A DNA stretch of 64,000 bases from an uncultured Alphaproteobacteria bacterium (GTDB lineage Bacteria; Pseudomonadota; Alphaproteobacteria; Rhizobiales; Hyphomicrobiaceae). The notes beneath the pieces are model-generated. The model had not been told where the DNA came from. It did no database searches and saw only the letters and a list, made by a program, of their open reading frames with translations. The stretch lies in contig CAWIXS010000018.1 in NCBI GenBank assembly GCA_963840075.1, forward strand, positions 126,425 to 190,424. Reading direction: 5' to 3'. The translations under genes and the position numbers were made by a program. This document shows positions 52,064 through 61,587 of the stretch, one piece after another (within the stretch, counting starts at the first letter, position 1; every line of letters starts with the position of its first letter).

Positions 52064-52617
52064 TACGGCAACGCGATGAACTCGGGCGGGACGGCGGCGG
52101 TGAGCCACACGCCGTTCTCCGCGCGGAAGAACGCGAAGCCGGCCGACCACATGCGCCCGGCGGCGACGCCGAGCACGACCGGGCGCCCGTGGCGTCGCCC
52201 GACTGCCGTGGCGGTGGCGGCATCGAGCGACAGATGCACATGCTGGCGGCGCCCCGGCTTCAGCCCTTCGGCGCGGATCGCGGCGATGTTGGCCTCCGCC
52301 GTGCCGTGGAACAGCACCGCGGGCGGCTCGCAGGGATCGAGCGCGAGGTCGATGTCGACGGAATGGCCCTGATTGGCCCGGATGCGCCGGCCCGCCTCGT
52401 CGAGCGCGAAGCGCTGCTTGTCGCTGGTGGCGACCACCTCCAGGATCAGCTCGCGCGTCAGCACCATGCCTTCCCTCGCGACGCACGCGATCAGCGTGTC
52501 GATCTCGGCCCAGCCCTGCGCGTCGAGCGTAAGGCCGATGCGCTGCGGGTTGTGCCGCAGCACCCGGCTCAGGAGCTTGCTGACCTTGCGGTGTTGCGCA
52601 CCATTGCCCCGCGGCAT
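52063..52617 (-). CDS. kptA: RNA 2'-phosphotransferase (Tpt1/KptA family)
   Basis: 184 aa. VSKLLSRVLRHNPQRIGLTLDAQGWAEIDTLI..RFALDEAGRRIRANQGHS..LFHGT..GLKPGRRQHVHLS are KptA signature blocks. Confidence 0.88.
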   Translation of the reverse strand: MPRGNGAQHRKVSKLLSRVLRHNPQRIGLTLDAQGWAEIDTLIACVAREGMVLTRELILEVVATSDKQRFALDEAGRRIRANQGHSVDIDLALDPCEPPAVLFHGTAEANIAAIRAEGLKPGRRQHVHLSLDAATATAVGRRHGRPVVLGVAAGRMWSAGFAFFRAENGVWLTAAVPPEFIALP

Positions 52618-52750
52618 CGTCTCTTCTTCTTCCTGTGGCGTTCGCCCGCCAACGGCGCTGGAGTGCGGCTTACGCGCCTATTGCGGCGGCAGCTCGGTCA
52701 TCAGCTTGGCGATGCGGGCGAAGGACACGGCAGGCGAGCGGCGCTCCGAT

Positions 52751-52831
52751 CCGGGACCTCGTAAGGTCTCGATTCGTTCCGGGAGGTCCCGGACAGCCGC
52801 GCCTGCAGCTCGGCTTCCGGGACGACGGTGG
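52751..52831. repeat. family C, right part only
   Basis: ccgggacctcgtaaggtctcgattcgttccgggaggtcccggacagccgcgcctgcagctcggcttccgggacgacggtgg (compare 49808-49903). Confidence 0.7.
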
Positions 52832-52907
52832 AGGGGTCTGGTGTGTATTTCGCATCCATCCACAGATTTGGAGGCATACCCATCCCATAGCTCTTGTGAA
52901 CCATTGA

Positions 52908-52935
52908 CTCCCAAAGTCGCCCATGTGATCCCATA
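52908..52935. promoter_or_regulatory. candidate MraZ operator: three CCCA (TGGG on the minus strand) motifs at exact 10-bp spacing
   Basis: ctCCCAaagtcgCCCAtgtgatCCCAtacg, with CCCA at 52910, 52920 and 52930, about 105-130 nt upstream of the mraZ ATG. E. coli MraZ binds three TGGGN repeats with 10-bp periodicity. Confidence 0.4.
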
Positions 52936-53038
52936 CGAATCCAGACAGCGCACCTCGCGTCGCCCAGGATGTTTCGGGAGCGGCTGACGGACAATCAGTG
53001 ATCGGTGAACGGCGTCAGGCGGGGCTCGAGCAACGGGG

Positions 53039-53533
53039 ATGGAGCGCTTTGTCTCGACATTCATCAACAAAATCGACGCCAAGGGGCGGGTGTCCGTACC
53101 TGCCTCCTTTCGCGCCGTGCTGGAGCACCACGGGCTCGTCGACGGCGGCATCTACTGCTACCCCTCGCTCGACGCTCCGGCGCTCGATGCAGGCGGCAAG
53201 AGCCTTGCGGCGAACATCGACCGGCTTCTCGACGGTCTGCCGGACTATTCGGACGAGCGGGACGAATTGTCTGTCGCGCTCTACGGCGACGTCGTCACCC
53301 TCAGCATCGATCAGGACGGACGCATCGTGCTTCCTGAAGCGCTTCGTGCCCACGCCGGCCTTTCGACCCACGTCGCCTTCGTCGGCCTCGGGCAGAAGTT
53401 CCAGCTGTGGGAGCCCGCGCGCTTCGAGGCCCGGCGGGCGGGAGCGCGCGAGAAGGTGCGCGACCACCGCAAGCTGTTCGGCGCGGATCGCCGCCTCCTC
53501 GTGGACGGCGGTGAGGGAGGGGCACGGGAATGA
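53039..53533 (+). CDS. mraZ: division/cell wall cluster transcriptional regulator MraZ
   Basis: 164 aa. [22 protein letters not shown] and a second SpoVT/AbrB-like repeat, [13 protein letters not shown]. Confidence 0.93.
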   Translation: MERFVSTFINKIDAKGRVSVPASFRAVLEHHGLVDGGIYCYPSLDAPALDAGGKSLAANIDRLLDGLPDYSDERDELSVALYGDVVTLSIDQDGRIVLPEALRAHAGLSTHVAFVGLGQKFQLWEPARFEARRAGAREKVRDHRKLFGADRRLLVDGGEGGARE

Positions 53534-54555
53534 CGGCGCGCAGTGGCACCCCGACCGCCGTGGGGTTCCGCAGAGGGCCGCGCGGCCACATTCCCGTGCT
53601 GCTTCCCGAGGTGCTGGCGGCGCTGGCCCCCAAAGCGGGGGAACGCTTCATTGACGGCACGTTCGGCGCCGGCGGCCACACCGCGGCGCTGCTCGAGGCG
53701 GGCGCCGGCGTGCGCGTGCTCGGCATCGACCGCGATCCTGAGGCCGTCGCCGCGGGGCAGGCCCTGGTCGCGGCGAGCGGGGGCCGGCTGACGCTGGTGG
53801 AGGGCCGCTTCGCCGAGCTCGACCGCATCGCCGAGGAGGCGGGCTTCGCGCCTGCCGACGGCATCCTGCTCGACATCGGCGTCTCCTCCATGCAGCTCGA
53901 CGAGGCGGAGCGAGGCTTCTCCTTCCAGGCGGACGGCCCGCTCGACATGCGCATGTCGAGGAGCGGCCCGAGCGCGGCCGACGTGGTCAATCGGGCGGAG
54001 GAGAAGGACCTCGCCGACATTCTTTACCATCTGGGCGAGGAGCGGCGCTCGCGCGCCATCGCCCGGGCGATCGTGGCGCGCCGGCGCGAGGAGCCGCTGC
54101 AGAGCACCTCGGAGCTGGCGGCGGTGGTGGAGCGCGTGCTGGGACGCGGCAAGCCCGGCGGCCGGCACCCGGCGACGCGCACCTTCCAGGCCCTGCGCAT
54201 CTACGTCAACGACGAGCTGGGCGAGCTGGCTGAGGGGCTGGCGGCGGCCGAGCGCACGCTCGCGCCCGGCGGGCGGCTCGCCGTCATCACCTTCCATTCG
54301 CTGGAGGACGGCCGCGTCAAGCGCTTCCTGGCCGAGAGGGCGGGCAGGGAGAAGCACGCATCGCGGCACCTGCCGCCGAGCGCATCGGCACGGCCGGCGC
54401 CGAGTTTCCGATTCGTTAACCGAGGGGCGGTTACCCCCGGCGAGGCGGAGCTGGCGGAGAACCCGCGCGCACGGTCGGCCAAGCTGCGGGCGGCGGTGCG
54501 GACCGACGCCCCGCCCTGGCCACCGGACGCGGCGCCCGCGGTCCCGCGCCTCTAG
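53530..54555 (+). CDS. rsmH: 16S rRNA (cytosine1402-N4)-methyltransferase
   Basis: 341 aa. [43 protein letters not shown] and [10 protein letters not shown] motifs. The ATGA overlaps the mraZ stop. Confidence 0.95.
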   Translation: MTARSGTPTAVGFRRGPRGHIPVLLPEVLAALAPKAGERFIDGTFGAGGHTAALLEAGAGVRVLGIDRDPEAVAAGQALVAASGGRLTLVEGRFAELDRIAEEAGFAPADGILLDIGVSSMQLDEAERGFSFQADGPLDMRMSRSGPSAADVVNRAEEKDLADILYHLGEERRSRAIARAIVARRREEPLQSTSELAAVVERVLGRGKPGGRHPATRTFQALRIYVNDELGELAEGLAAAERTLAPGGRLAVITFHSLEDGRVKRFLAERAGREKHASRHLPPSASARPAPSFRFVNRGAVTPGEAELAENPRARSAKLRAAVRTDAPPWPPDAAPAVPRL

Positions 54556-54580
54556 GGGAGGGCATCGCCAGCGACCCGCC

Positions 54581-54889
54581 ATGCACCGCACTGTCAATCT
54601 GTTCCTGCTGCTCGCCGCTGTCCTCAGCGCGTTCGCGCTCTACGCCTTGAAATACGAGACGCGCCGGCTGGAGCTCGACGTGAAGGCGCAGGAGCGGGCG
54701 GTGCAAGAGCGCGCCGGCGAGATCAAGGCGCTGGAGGCCCGCTACGCGCACCTGGCGCGCCCCGAGCGCATCGAGCCGCTGGCGCGCGCCCTCGGCCTGG
54801 GGCCGCTCACCAGCCGGCAGTACCTGCGCCTCGACGCCGGGGGCGGCGACGCTGACCAGGGCCCGGCGCCGGCGGCGGTGCCACGGTGA
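54581..54889 (+). CDS. ftsL: cell division protein FtsL (alphaproteobacterial type)
   Basis: 102 aa with a single TM (VNLFLLLAAVLSAFALYAL) followed by a coiled coil. The position between rsmH and ftsI supports the call. Confidence 0.8.
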   Translation: MHRTVNLFLLLAAVLSAFALYALKYETRRLELDVKAQERAVQERAGEIKALEARYAHLARPERIEPLARALGLGPLTSRQYLRLDAGGGDADQGPAPAAVPR

Positions 54890-56586
54890 CAGCTTCCGTC
54901 GACTCGGGAGGGGCCAGCCGCAGCGCGCCGGCGGCGGCCGTCCGGCTGCGGCGGCGCTCGCTCATCGCGCTCGGCTGCCTGATCCTCTGTTTCGCCGCCA
55001 TCGCGGCCCAGCTGGTGCGGCTCGCGCTCATCGGCGGCGTGCGCCTGCGCGCAGCGGCGGCGGAGCCCAGACCCCACGGCTGGGCGCGGCCCGTCATCGT
55101 CGATCGCCACGGGCGGCTGCTGGCGACCGACCTCGCCGTGCCCTCGCTCTATGCCGACCCGCAGCTGATCGGCGACCTCGACGAGGCGGTCGGGAAGCTC
55201 GCGCCCGAGCTGCCCGGCGTCGCTGCCGCCGATCTGCGCAGGCTGCTCGGCGACAGGAGCCGGCGCTTCGTCTGGGTCGCGCGCGGGCTCTCCCCGGGGC
55301 ACGCCCAGCGCATCCGCGATCTGGACCTGCCGGGCCTCGGCTTCCGCACCGAGCTGAAGCGCGCCTATCCCATGGGGCCCCTCGCCGGCCACGTGCTGGG
55401 CGCGGTGAGCCTCGACAACCGCGGGCTCGCCGGCATCGAGCGCATGCTCGACGAGCGCGGGCTCTCCGCGCCCGTGAAGGACGCGAGCCGCGTAGCCGCG
55501 GCGGTGGTGCGCCTTGCACTCGATATCGGGGCGCAGCATGCCGTGGCCGAGGAGCTGAAGCGCGCCATGAAGCAATACTCGGCGGTTGCGGCGGCGACGC
55601 TGGTGCTCGACGTGCGGACCGGCGAGATCGTGGTGGCCGTCTCGCTGCCCGAGGCCGACCCGAGCACGCCTGTGGAGCTGCTCGACCCCGACAGGTTCGA
55701 CCGGCTCACGGCAGGGGTCTTCGAGCTGGGCTCGCTTTACAAGATATTGACCCTGGCCCTGGCGCTCGAATGGGGCATCGCCGACCTCGACCGGATCCTG
55801 GACGTGCGCCAGCCGCTCGATGCCGGCGGCTACGTCATCAAGGACCCCTATCCGCAAGGGCGGCCGCTCAGCGCGCGCGAGGTCTTCCTCTACTCCTCCA
55901 ACGTCGGCGCCGGCATGCTGGCGCTCGAGGCCGGCGCCGAGCGCCAGCGCGCGTTTCTCGCCAGGCTCGGCCTCCTGCAGCCCATGCGCACCGAGGCGGG
56001 GCCGGTGGCGGCGCCGCAGCTGCCGAAAACCTGGGGGCGCACCGAGACCATCACCATCGCCTACGGCCACGGTCTCGCGGTCTCGCCGCTGCAACTCGCC
56101 ACTGCGGTCGCCGCCGTCGTCAACGGCGGCACGAGGGTGGCGCCGACCTTCCTGAAGCGCGCCGCGGCGCCGCCGGTGCGCGAGCGCGTGCTCGGCGAGG
56201 CGGTGAGCGCCGGCATGCGCGAGCTGATGCGGCTCGGCGTCACTCACGAGGCAGGCACCGGCCGGCGTGCCGAGGCGGAGGGCTACGGCGTCGGCGGCAA
56301 GACCGGCACGGCCGAGATGCCGGGCCGCGGCGGCTATCGCGCGAAAGCCGTGATCGCCTCGTTCCTGGGGGCCTTTCCCATGGAGCAGCCGCACTATCTG
56401 ACCCTGGTGCTGCTGTTCGAGCCGCAGGGCACGGCGGAGACCGGCGGGCGCATTACGGCGAGCGTCAATGCCGCCCCGCTGACCGCCCGCATCGTGGAGC
56501 GCATCGCCCCGATCCTGGGCGTGCTGCCGCGCCTCGTCGAGGTCCGGACCGCCCCGGCGTTTGACGCACCCAGGCAAGAGCAATAA
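54886..56586 (+). CDS. ftsI: peptidoglycan D,D-transpeptidase FtsI (class B PBP)
   Basis: 566 aa. A GTG overlaps the ftsL stop. TM anchor, PBP dimerisation region, and transpeptidase motifs (..FELGSLYK.. SxxK, YSSNVG SxN, GKTGTA KTG). Confidence 0.93.
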   Translation: MTASVDSGGASRSAPAAAVRLRRRSLIALGCLILCFAAIAAQLVRLALIGGVRLRAAAAEPRPHGWARPVIVDRHGRLLATDLAVPSLYADPQLIGDLDEAVGKLAPELPGVAAADLRRLLGDRSRRFVWVARGLSPGHAQRIRDLDLPGLGFRTELKRAYPMGPLAGHVLGAVSLDNRGLAGIERMLDERGLSAPVKDASRVAAAVVRLALDIGAQHAVAEELKRAMKQYSAVAAATLVLDVRTGEIVVAVSLPEADPSTPVELLDPDRFDRLTAGVFELGSLYKILTLALALEWGIADLDRILDVRQPLDAGGYVIKDPYPQGRPLSAREVFLYSSNVGAGMLALEAGAERQRAFLARLGLLQPMRTEAGPVAAPQLPKTWGRTETITIAYGHGLAVSPLQLATAVAAVVNGGTRVAPTFLKRAAAPPVRERVLGEAVSAGMRELMRLGVTHEAGTGRRAEAEGYGVGGKTGTAEMPGRGGYRAKAVIASFLGAFPMEQPHYLTLVLLFEPQGTAETGGRITASVNAAPLTARIVERIAPILGVLPRLVEVRTAPAFDAPRQEQ

Positions 56587-56646
56587 GAACCCCATTCTGC
56601 GGGCCAGGGGGGCATGGTTGGCCCACGAGGAAGCCGTCGGACGCAC

Positions 56647-58122
56647 ATGAAGCTGCACATGCTGGTCGGCCCGGAAACCTCCGCTCCCTCGGGGTGCGGC
56701 GGGATCGAGATTGCCGGGCTCACGGCGGACAGCCGCAAGGTGCTGCCCGGATGGCTGTTTGCCGCCCTGCGCGGGGCCAAGGCTGACGGGACGCAGTTCA
56801 TCCCCGGGGCGATCGCCAGGGGCGCCGCGGCGATCCTGGCCGAGGACGGCGTGGGGCGCGCGCTCGGCGCGCCGGTGCCCGTGCCGCTGCTCACCTCGCC
56901 GCAGCCGCGCCGCGCGCTGGCGCTGATGGCCGCGCGCTTCTACGGCGCCCAGCCCGAGACCGTCGTGGCTGTGACCGGGACCAGCGGCAAGACCTCCGTG
57001 GCCGATTTCGCGCGCCAGATCTTCGCTGCGCTGGGCCACGAGGCGGCCTCGCTCGGCACCATCGGCCTGGTTGCGCCGGGCGTGCGCACCTACGGCAGCC
57101 TGACCAGCCCCGATCCCATCACGCTGCACGAGACGTTGGCACAACTCGCGCGCGAAGGCGTTACGCATCTGGCGCTCGAAGCCTCCTCGCACGGTCTGGA
57201 CCAGCATCGTCTCGACGGCATCAGGTTGCGGGCCGCCGCGTTCACCAATCTCGGCCACGACCACCTCGACTACCATCCGACCGTGGAAGCCTACCTGCAA
57301 GCCAAGCTGCGCCTGTTCTCCGAGGTGCTGCCGCGCGACGGCGTCGCGGTCCTCAACGCCGACGCCGATGAGGCGCGAGCGGTGATTGCGGCGGCTGAGC
57401 GGGCTGGCCATCAGGTCCTGTCGGTCGGCAGGGCCGGTGCAACGCTCACGCTGGAGGCCCAGGAGCCGGACCGCTTCGCGCAGCGCCTCAGGGTGCGTCA
57501 CGCAGGCGGGACGGCAGACATCCGCTTGCCGCTGCCCGGCGCCTACCAGGCGGGCAACGCATTGCTGGCCGCAGGCTTGGCGCTGGCAACCGGAGAGCCC
57601 GCGCAGCGCGTGCTGGCGGCCCTGGAGTGCCTCCAGGGCGTCAAGGGGCGGCTCGAGGTGATGGGCCTGGTGCGCGGCGGCCTCGCGGTGATCGACTACG
57701 CGCACAAGCCCGAGGCGCTGACCGCGGCGCTGGCTGCCCTGCGGCCGTTCGCGCCCGGAAGGTTGATCTGCGTTTTCGGCTGCGGCGGCGACCGCGACAG
57801 AGCCAAGCGGCCGATCATGGGGGAGATCGCCTCGCGGCTGGCCGACACCGTCATCGTCACCGACGACAACCCGCGAAGCGAGACCCCCGCGGCCATCCGC
57901 GCGGCGATCCTTGCAGGTGCCCCAGGCGCCCGCGAGATCGCCGACCGTGCCGCGGCGATCCAGGCGGGCGCGCGGCTCCTGCGCCCGGGCGATGTCCTCC
58001 TGGTCGCCGGCAAGGGCCATGAGGCCGGCCAGATCGTCGGCGACACCGTGCTCCCCTTCTCGGATCACGACGTGGTGCGCGCACTCCTCACGCAGCCCAG
58101 GGCGGAGCCTGAAGCGAGATGA
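56647..58122 (+). CDS. murE: UDP-N-acetylmuramoyl-L-alanyl-D-glutamate--2,6-diaminopimelate ligase
   Basis: MKLHMLVG..GLTADSRKVLPGWLFAAL..VAVTGTSGKTS..DNPRSE. An alternative upstream ATG lies at 56614. Confidence 0.93.
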   Translation: MKLHMLVGPETSAPSGCGGIEIAGLTADSRKVLPGWLFAALRGAKADGTQFIPGAIARGAAAILAEDGVGRALGAPVPVPLLTSPQPRRALALMAARFYGAQPETVVAVTGTSGKTSVADFARQIFAALGHEAASLGTIGLVAPGVRTYGSLTSPDPITLHETLAQLAREGVTHLALEASSHGLDQHRLDGIRLRAAAFTNLGHDHLDYHPTVEAYLQAKLRLFSEVLPRDGVAVLNADADEARAVIAAAERAGHQVLSVGRAGATLTLEAQEPDRFAQRLRVRHAGGTADIRLPLPGAYQAGNALLAAGLALATGEPAQRVLAALECLQGVKGRLEVMGLVRGGLAVIDYAHKPEALTAALAALRPFAPGRLICVFGCGGDRDRAKRPIMGEIASRLADTVIVTDDNPRSETPAAIRAAILAGAPGAREIADRAAAIQAGARLLRPGDVLLVAGKGHEAGQIVGDTVLPFSDHDVVRALLTQPRAEPEAR

Positions 58123-59531
58123 CGACGGCGCTGTGGCAGTGGGAGGAGCTGGTCGCGGCGGCCGAGGGCCGCGCGGACGGGACGCCGACGGCGGCCATCA
58201 CCGGCTTCTCGATCGACAGCCGTTCGCTGAAGCCCGGCGACGTGTTCGTGGCGCTGCGAGCCGAGCGCGACGGCCACGACTTCGTCGGCGATGCCTTCGC
58301 CAAGGGGGCCGCCGCCGCCCTGGTCATGAGCAGCTACCGGCGCGGCAGCAACGACGGCGCCCTGCTGCGCGCCGCCTGTCCCATCTCCACCCTCGAGGCC
58401 GTCGGCCTGGCAGCGCGCCGGCGCAGCCAGGCGCGCATCGTCGCCGTCACCGGCAGCGCCGGCAAGACCGGCACCAAGGAGATGCTGCGTCTCAGCCTCG
58501 CCGAGGCCGGCGCGACGCACGCCTCGGAGAAGTCCTACAACAACCACTGGGGTGTGCCGCTGACGCTCGCGCACATGCCGCGCGAAGCCCGGTTCGGCGT
58601 GTTCGAGATCGGCATGAACCACCCCGGCGAGATCACACCGCTCGCCCGCATGGTGCGGCCGCACGTGGCGGTCATCACCACGGTCGAGCCCGTGCATCTG
58701 CAGTATTTCGGCTCGGTGGAGGCCATCGCCGAGGCGAAGGCGGAGATCCTGCTGGGTCTCGAGCCCGCAGGCACGGCCGTGCTGCCGCACGACAATGCGC
58801 ACTTTGCCCTGCTGAGCGAGCGCGCCCGTGCCGTCGGGGCCAACGTCGTGAGCTTCGGCACCGCAGAGGCGGCCGACGTGCGCTGCATCCAGGCCAATGT
58901 CGATGCCAAAGGCTCGTCCGTCATCGCCGGGATCGGCTCCCAGCGCATCCCCTACCGCATCGGGGCTCCGGGAGAGCACTATGTGAGGAACTCGCTCGCC
59001 GTGCTCGCGGCGGTGCGGGCGCTCGGTGGCGATGCCATGCGCTGCTTGCCGGCGCTCGTCAGGGTCGCGGCGCCCGCAGGCCGGGGCGCCCGCGCGGTCC
59101 TGGAGGTGCCCGGCGGCGGCCGCATGCTTCTGATCGACGAGAGCTACAACGCCAACCCGGCGTCCGTGCGGGCGGCGCTGGCGGCGCTCGCCATCGTCCC
59201 GCGCGAGGAGTTCCCGCGCCGCATCGTCGTGCTCGGCGACATGCTGGAGCTGGGCGAGGCCGCGGCGGACCTGCACCGCGGGCTCGGCGACGCGGTGGAG
59301 GCAGCCGGCGTCGACCTGGTGCTCGCCTGCGGTCCGATGATGCAGCGGCTCTACGACCGCCTGGCGCCGGCGCAGCGGGGTGCCTGGGCGCCCAGCTCCG
59401 CGCAGCTCGAGCCGGCCCTGCTCCAGGCCGTGCGCGCCGGGGATGCGGTGATGGTCAAGGGCTCGCTGGCGACGCGCATGGCACCGCTGGTGGAGGCGCT
59501 GCGGGCGCGGTCCTCGGGGGTGGGCGGTTGA
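58119..59531 (+). CDS. murF: UDP-N-acetylmuramoyl-tripeptide--D-alanyl-D-alanine ligase
   Basis: 470 aa. DSRSLKPGDVFVAL, VAVTGSAGKTGTKEM and EIGMNHPGEI. The ATGA overlaps murE. Confidence 0.94.
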   Translation: MTTALWQWEELVAAAEGRADGTPTAAITGFSIDSRSLKPGDVFVALRAERDGHDFVGDAFAKGAAAALVMSSYRRGSNDGALLRAACPISTLEAVGLAARRRSQARIVAVTGSAGKTGTKEMLRLSLAEAGATHASEKSYNNHWGVPLTLAHMPREARFGVFEIGMNHPGEITPLARMVRPHVAVITTVEPVHLQYFGSVEAIAEAKAEILLGLEPAGTAVLPHDNAHFALLSERARAVGANVVSFGTAEAADVRCIQANVDAKGSSVIAGIGSQRIPYRIGAPGEHYVRNSLAVLAAVRALGGDAMRCLPALVRVAAPAGRGARAVLEVPGGGRMLLIDESYNANPASVRAALAALAIVPREEFPRRIVVLGDMLELGEAAADLHRGLGDAVEAAGVDLVLACGPMMQRLYDRLAPAQRGAWAPSSAQLEPALLQAVRAGDAVMVKGSLATRMAPLVEALRARSSGVGG

Positions 59532-59555
59532 GGTTCTAGGGGGCGGAGGCTCGAG

Positions 59556-60638
59556 ATGCTCTATGCGCTGGCGAACTTCAGTGACCAGTTCGGTCCGCTG
59601 AACGTATTTCGCTACATCACGTTCCGCACCGGGGGCGCCATCATGACGGCGCTCTTGTTCGTGTTCCTGTTCGGCCCGGCGATGATCGACGTGCTGCGCG
59701 TCAAGCAGGGCAAGGGCCAGCCGATCCGGGACGACGGCCCGCAGACCCACTTCGCCAAGCGCGGCACGCCCACCATGGGCGGGCTCATGATCCTCTCCGG
59801 CATCACGGTGGCGACGCTCCTGTGGGCCAACCTGTCGAACCCTTACGTGTGGGTCGCGCTGCTCGTCATGCTGGGCTTCGGCGCCATCGGCTTCTACGAC
59901 GACTACCTCAAGGTGACGAACGGCAAGACCGGCGGCTTGGGTGGCCGGTGGCGCCTGGCGACGGAGATCGCGATCGCCGCCATCGCCACGTTTTTCGTGA
60001 TCCGCAACGGCACCCCCGGGTTCTCCTCGACGCTGACGGTGCCGTTCTTCAAGACTTGGATGATCCCGCTCGGCGCCTTCTTCATCCTGGTCGGTGTGTT
60101 CGTGATCGTGGGCGCCGGCAACGCCGTCAACCTGACCGACGGCCTCGACGGCCTCGCCATCGTCCCCGTCATCATCGCCGCCGCCACCTTCGGCGTCTTC
60201 GCCTATGCGACGGGCCACTTCGGGTTTGCGCGCTACCTGCAGATCCACCACGTCCGGGAGGTCGGCGAGCTGTCCATCATCTGCGGGGCCATCATCGGCG
60301 CGGGGCTCGGCTTTCTCTGGTTCAACGCGCCGCCGGCCATGATCTTCATGGGCGACACGGGCTCGCTGGCGCTCGGCGGCGTGCTCGGCGCCATCGCGGT
60401 GGCGACCAAGCAGGAGATCGTGCTCGCCATCGTCGGCGGCCTGTTCGTGTTGGAGACCATGTCGGTGATCATCCAGGTGCTGTCCTACAAGCTCACGGGC
60501 AAGCGCGTGTTCCGCATGGCGCCGCTGCACCACCACTTCGAGGAGAAGGGCTGGAAGGAATCGACCGTGGTGGTGCGCTTCTGGATCATCTCGGTGGTGC
60601 TGGCCCTCGTCGCCCTCTCCACCCTGAAGCTCAGATGA
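59556..60638 (+). CDS. mraY: phospho-N-acetylmuramoyl-pentapeptide-transferase
   Basis: 360 aa. [36 protein letters not shown] and MAPLHHHFE. Confidence 0.96.
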   Translation: MLYALANFSDQFGPLNVFRYITFRTGGAIMTALLFVFLFGPAMIDVLRVKQGKGQPIRDDGPQTHFAKRGTPTMGGLMILSGITVATLLWANLSNPYVWVALLVMLGFGAIGFYDDYLKVTNGKTGGLGGRWRLATEIAIAAIATFFVIRNGTPGFSSTLTVPFFKTWMIPLGAFFILVGVFVIVGAGNAVNLTDGLDGLAIVPVIIAAATFGVFAYATGHFGFARYLQIHHVREVGELSIICGAIIGAGLGFLWFNAPPAMIFMGDTGSLALGGVLGAIAVATKQEIVLAIVGGLFVLETMSVIIQVLSYKLTGKRVFRMAPLHHHFEEKGWKESTVVVRFWIISVVLALVALSTLKLR

Positions 60639-61543
60639 GACGGCTGGCGCTTGCCGGTGTGGTGGCCGGCCTGGCCGTAGTGGCGCTCGCCGGCTCCTCC
60701 GCCACGGCCTCGGCGCGCGTGCTCGGCGTGGCGCCGGCCTACAGCAGCGACCGGGCGCTGAGCGCGGTGCCGAATGCCGCGGCGATGACCACCCTGATCT
60801 GGGCCCCCGGCCTCGACGACGGCTTCGTGCCGCAAGGCCTCACCGTCATGGACGGCGCCGTCTTCGTCGCCACCTACCGCAGCGAGGACCCCAAGCAGGG
60901 CCGCGGTCCCTGCCGGATATACCGCGTGGACCCGCGCAGCGGTGCGGTTACCGGCGCGCTCGACCTTCCGCCGCCGTGCGGCCATGCCGGCGGCCTCGCC
61001 CGCGGCCGGTCGGGGCGCCTGTGGGTCGCCGACACGCGGGCAATCTTCGAGATCGAGCTCGATCGACGCGGCGGTGAGAAGATCGGCCGCGTGGTCGGAT
61101 CGATCGGGCTGACCGGCGGGCTCAAGGGCTCGTTCGCGGCCTCCACCACCGACGCGCTCTGGCTCGGCACCTACAGCAAGGAGCCCGGCGCCAGGCTCTA
61201 CAAGCTGCCGTTCGAGAAGCTGGCATCGGGACCCAGCTTCCTCAACGAGCAGGACGCCGCTGCCACCGTCGCCCTGCCCATCAAGGCGCAGGGAGCGGCG
61301 TTCGATGCCGCCGGCCGCCTTTGGATCACGCGCAGCGGCTCCGGTTTCGGCGAGCTTGTGCAACTGGACCCTCGCAATGGTGCCATCCTCCAGCGCTTCG
61401 CCATGCCGGACGGCATCGAGGACATCAGCTTCGATCCGGAAGGCGGGCTCTGGGCCGTGAGCGAGGCCGGTAGCAGACGATGGCTCGGCTGGAGGACATT
61501 CTTCCCCGTCGTATTCCGGCTGCAGCCGGCCTTGCTGCGCTGA
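60635..61543 (+). CDS. secreted hypothetical protein, probable beta-propeller; extra gene inside the dcw cluster
   Basis: The ATG overlaps the mraY stop (ATGA). Signal peptide [28 protein letters not shown] recurring G-x-LW-hydrophobic motif falls every 45-50 aa (GAVFVAT, GRLWVAD, DALWLGT, GRLWITR, GGLWAVS). Confidence 0.7.
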   Translation: MRRLALAGVVAGLAVVALAGSSATASARVLGVAPAYSSDRALSAVPNAAAMTTLIWAPGLDDGFVPQGLTVMDGAVFVATYRSEDPKQGRGPCRIYRVDPRSGAVTGALDLPPPCGHAGGLARGRSGRLWVADTRAIFEIELDRRGGEKIGRVVGSIGLTGGLKGSFAASTTDALWLGTYSKEPGARLYKLPFEKLASGPSFLNEQDAAATVALPIKAQGAAFDAAGRLWITRSGSGFGELVQLDPRNGAILQRFAMPDGIEDISFDPEGGLWAVSEAGSRRWLGWRTFFPVVFRLQPALLR

Positions 61544-61587
61544 GCTTGCGAAAGAATTGCACCCCGAAGGGACATACAATCGCATCC

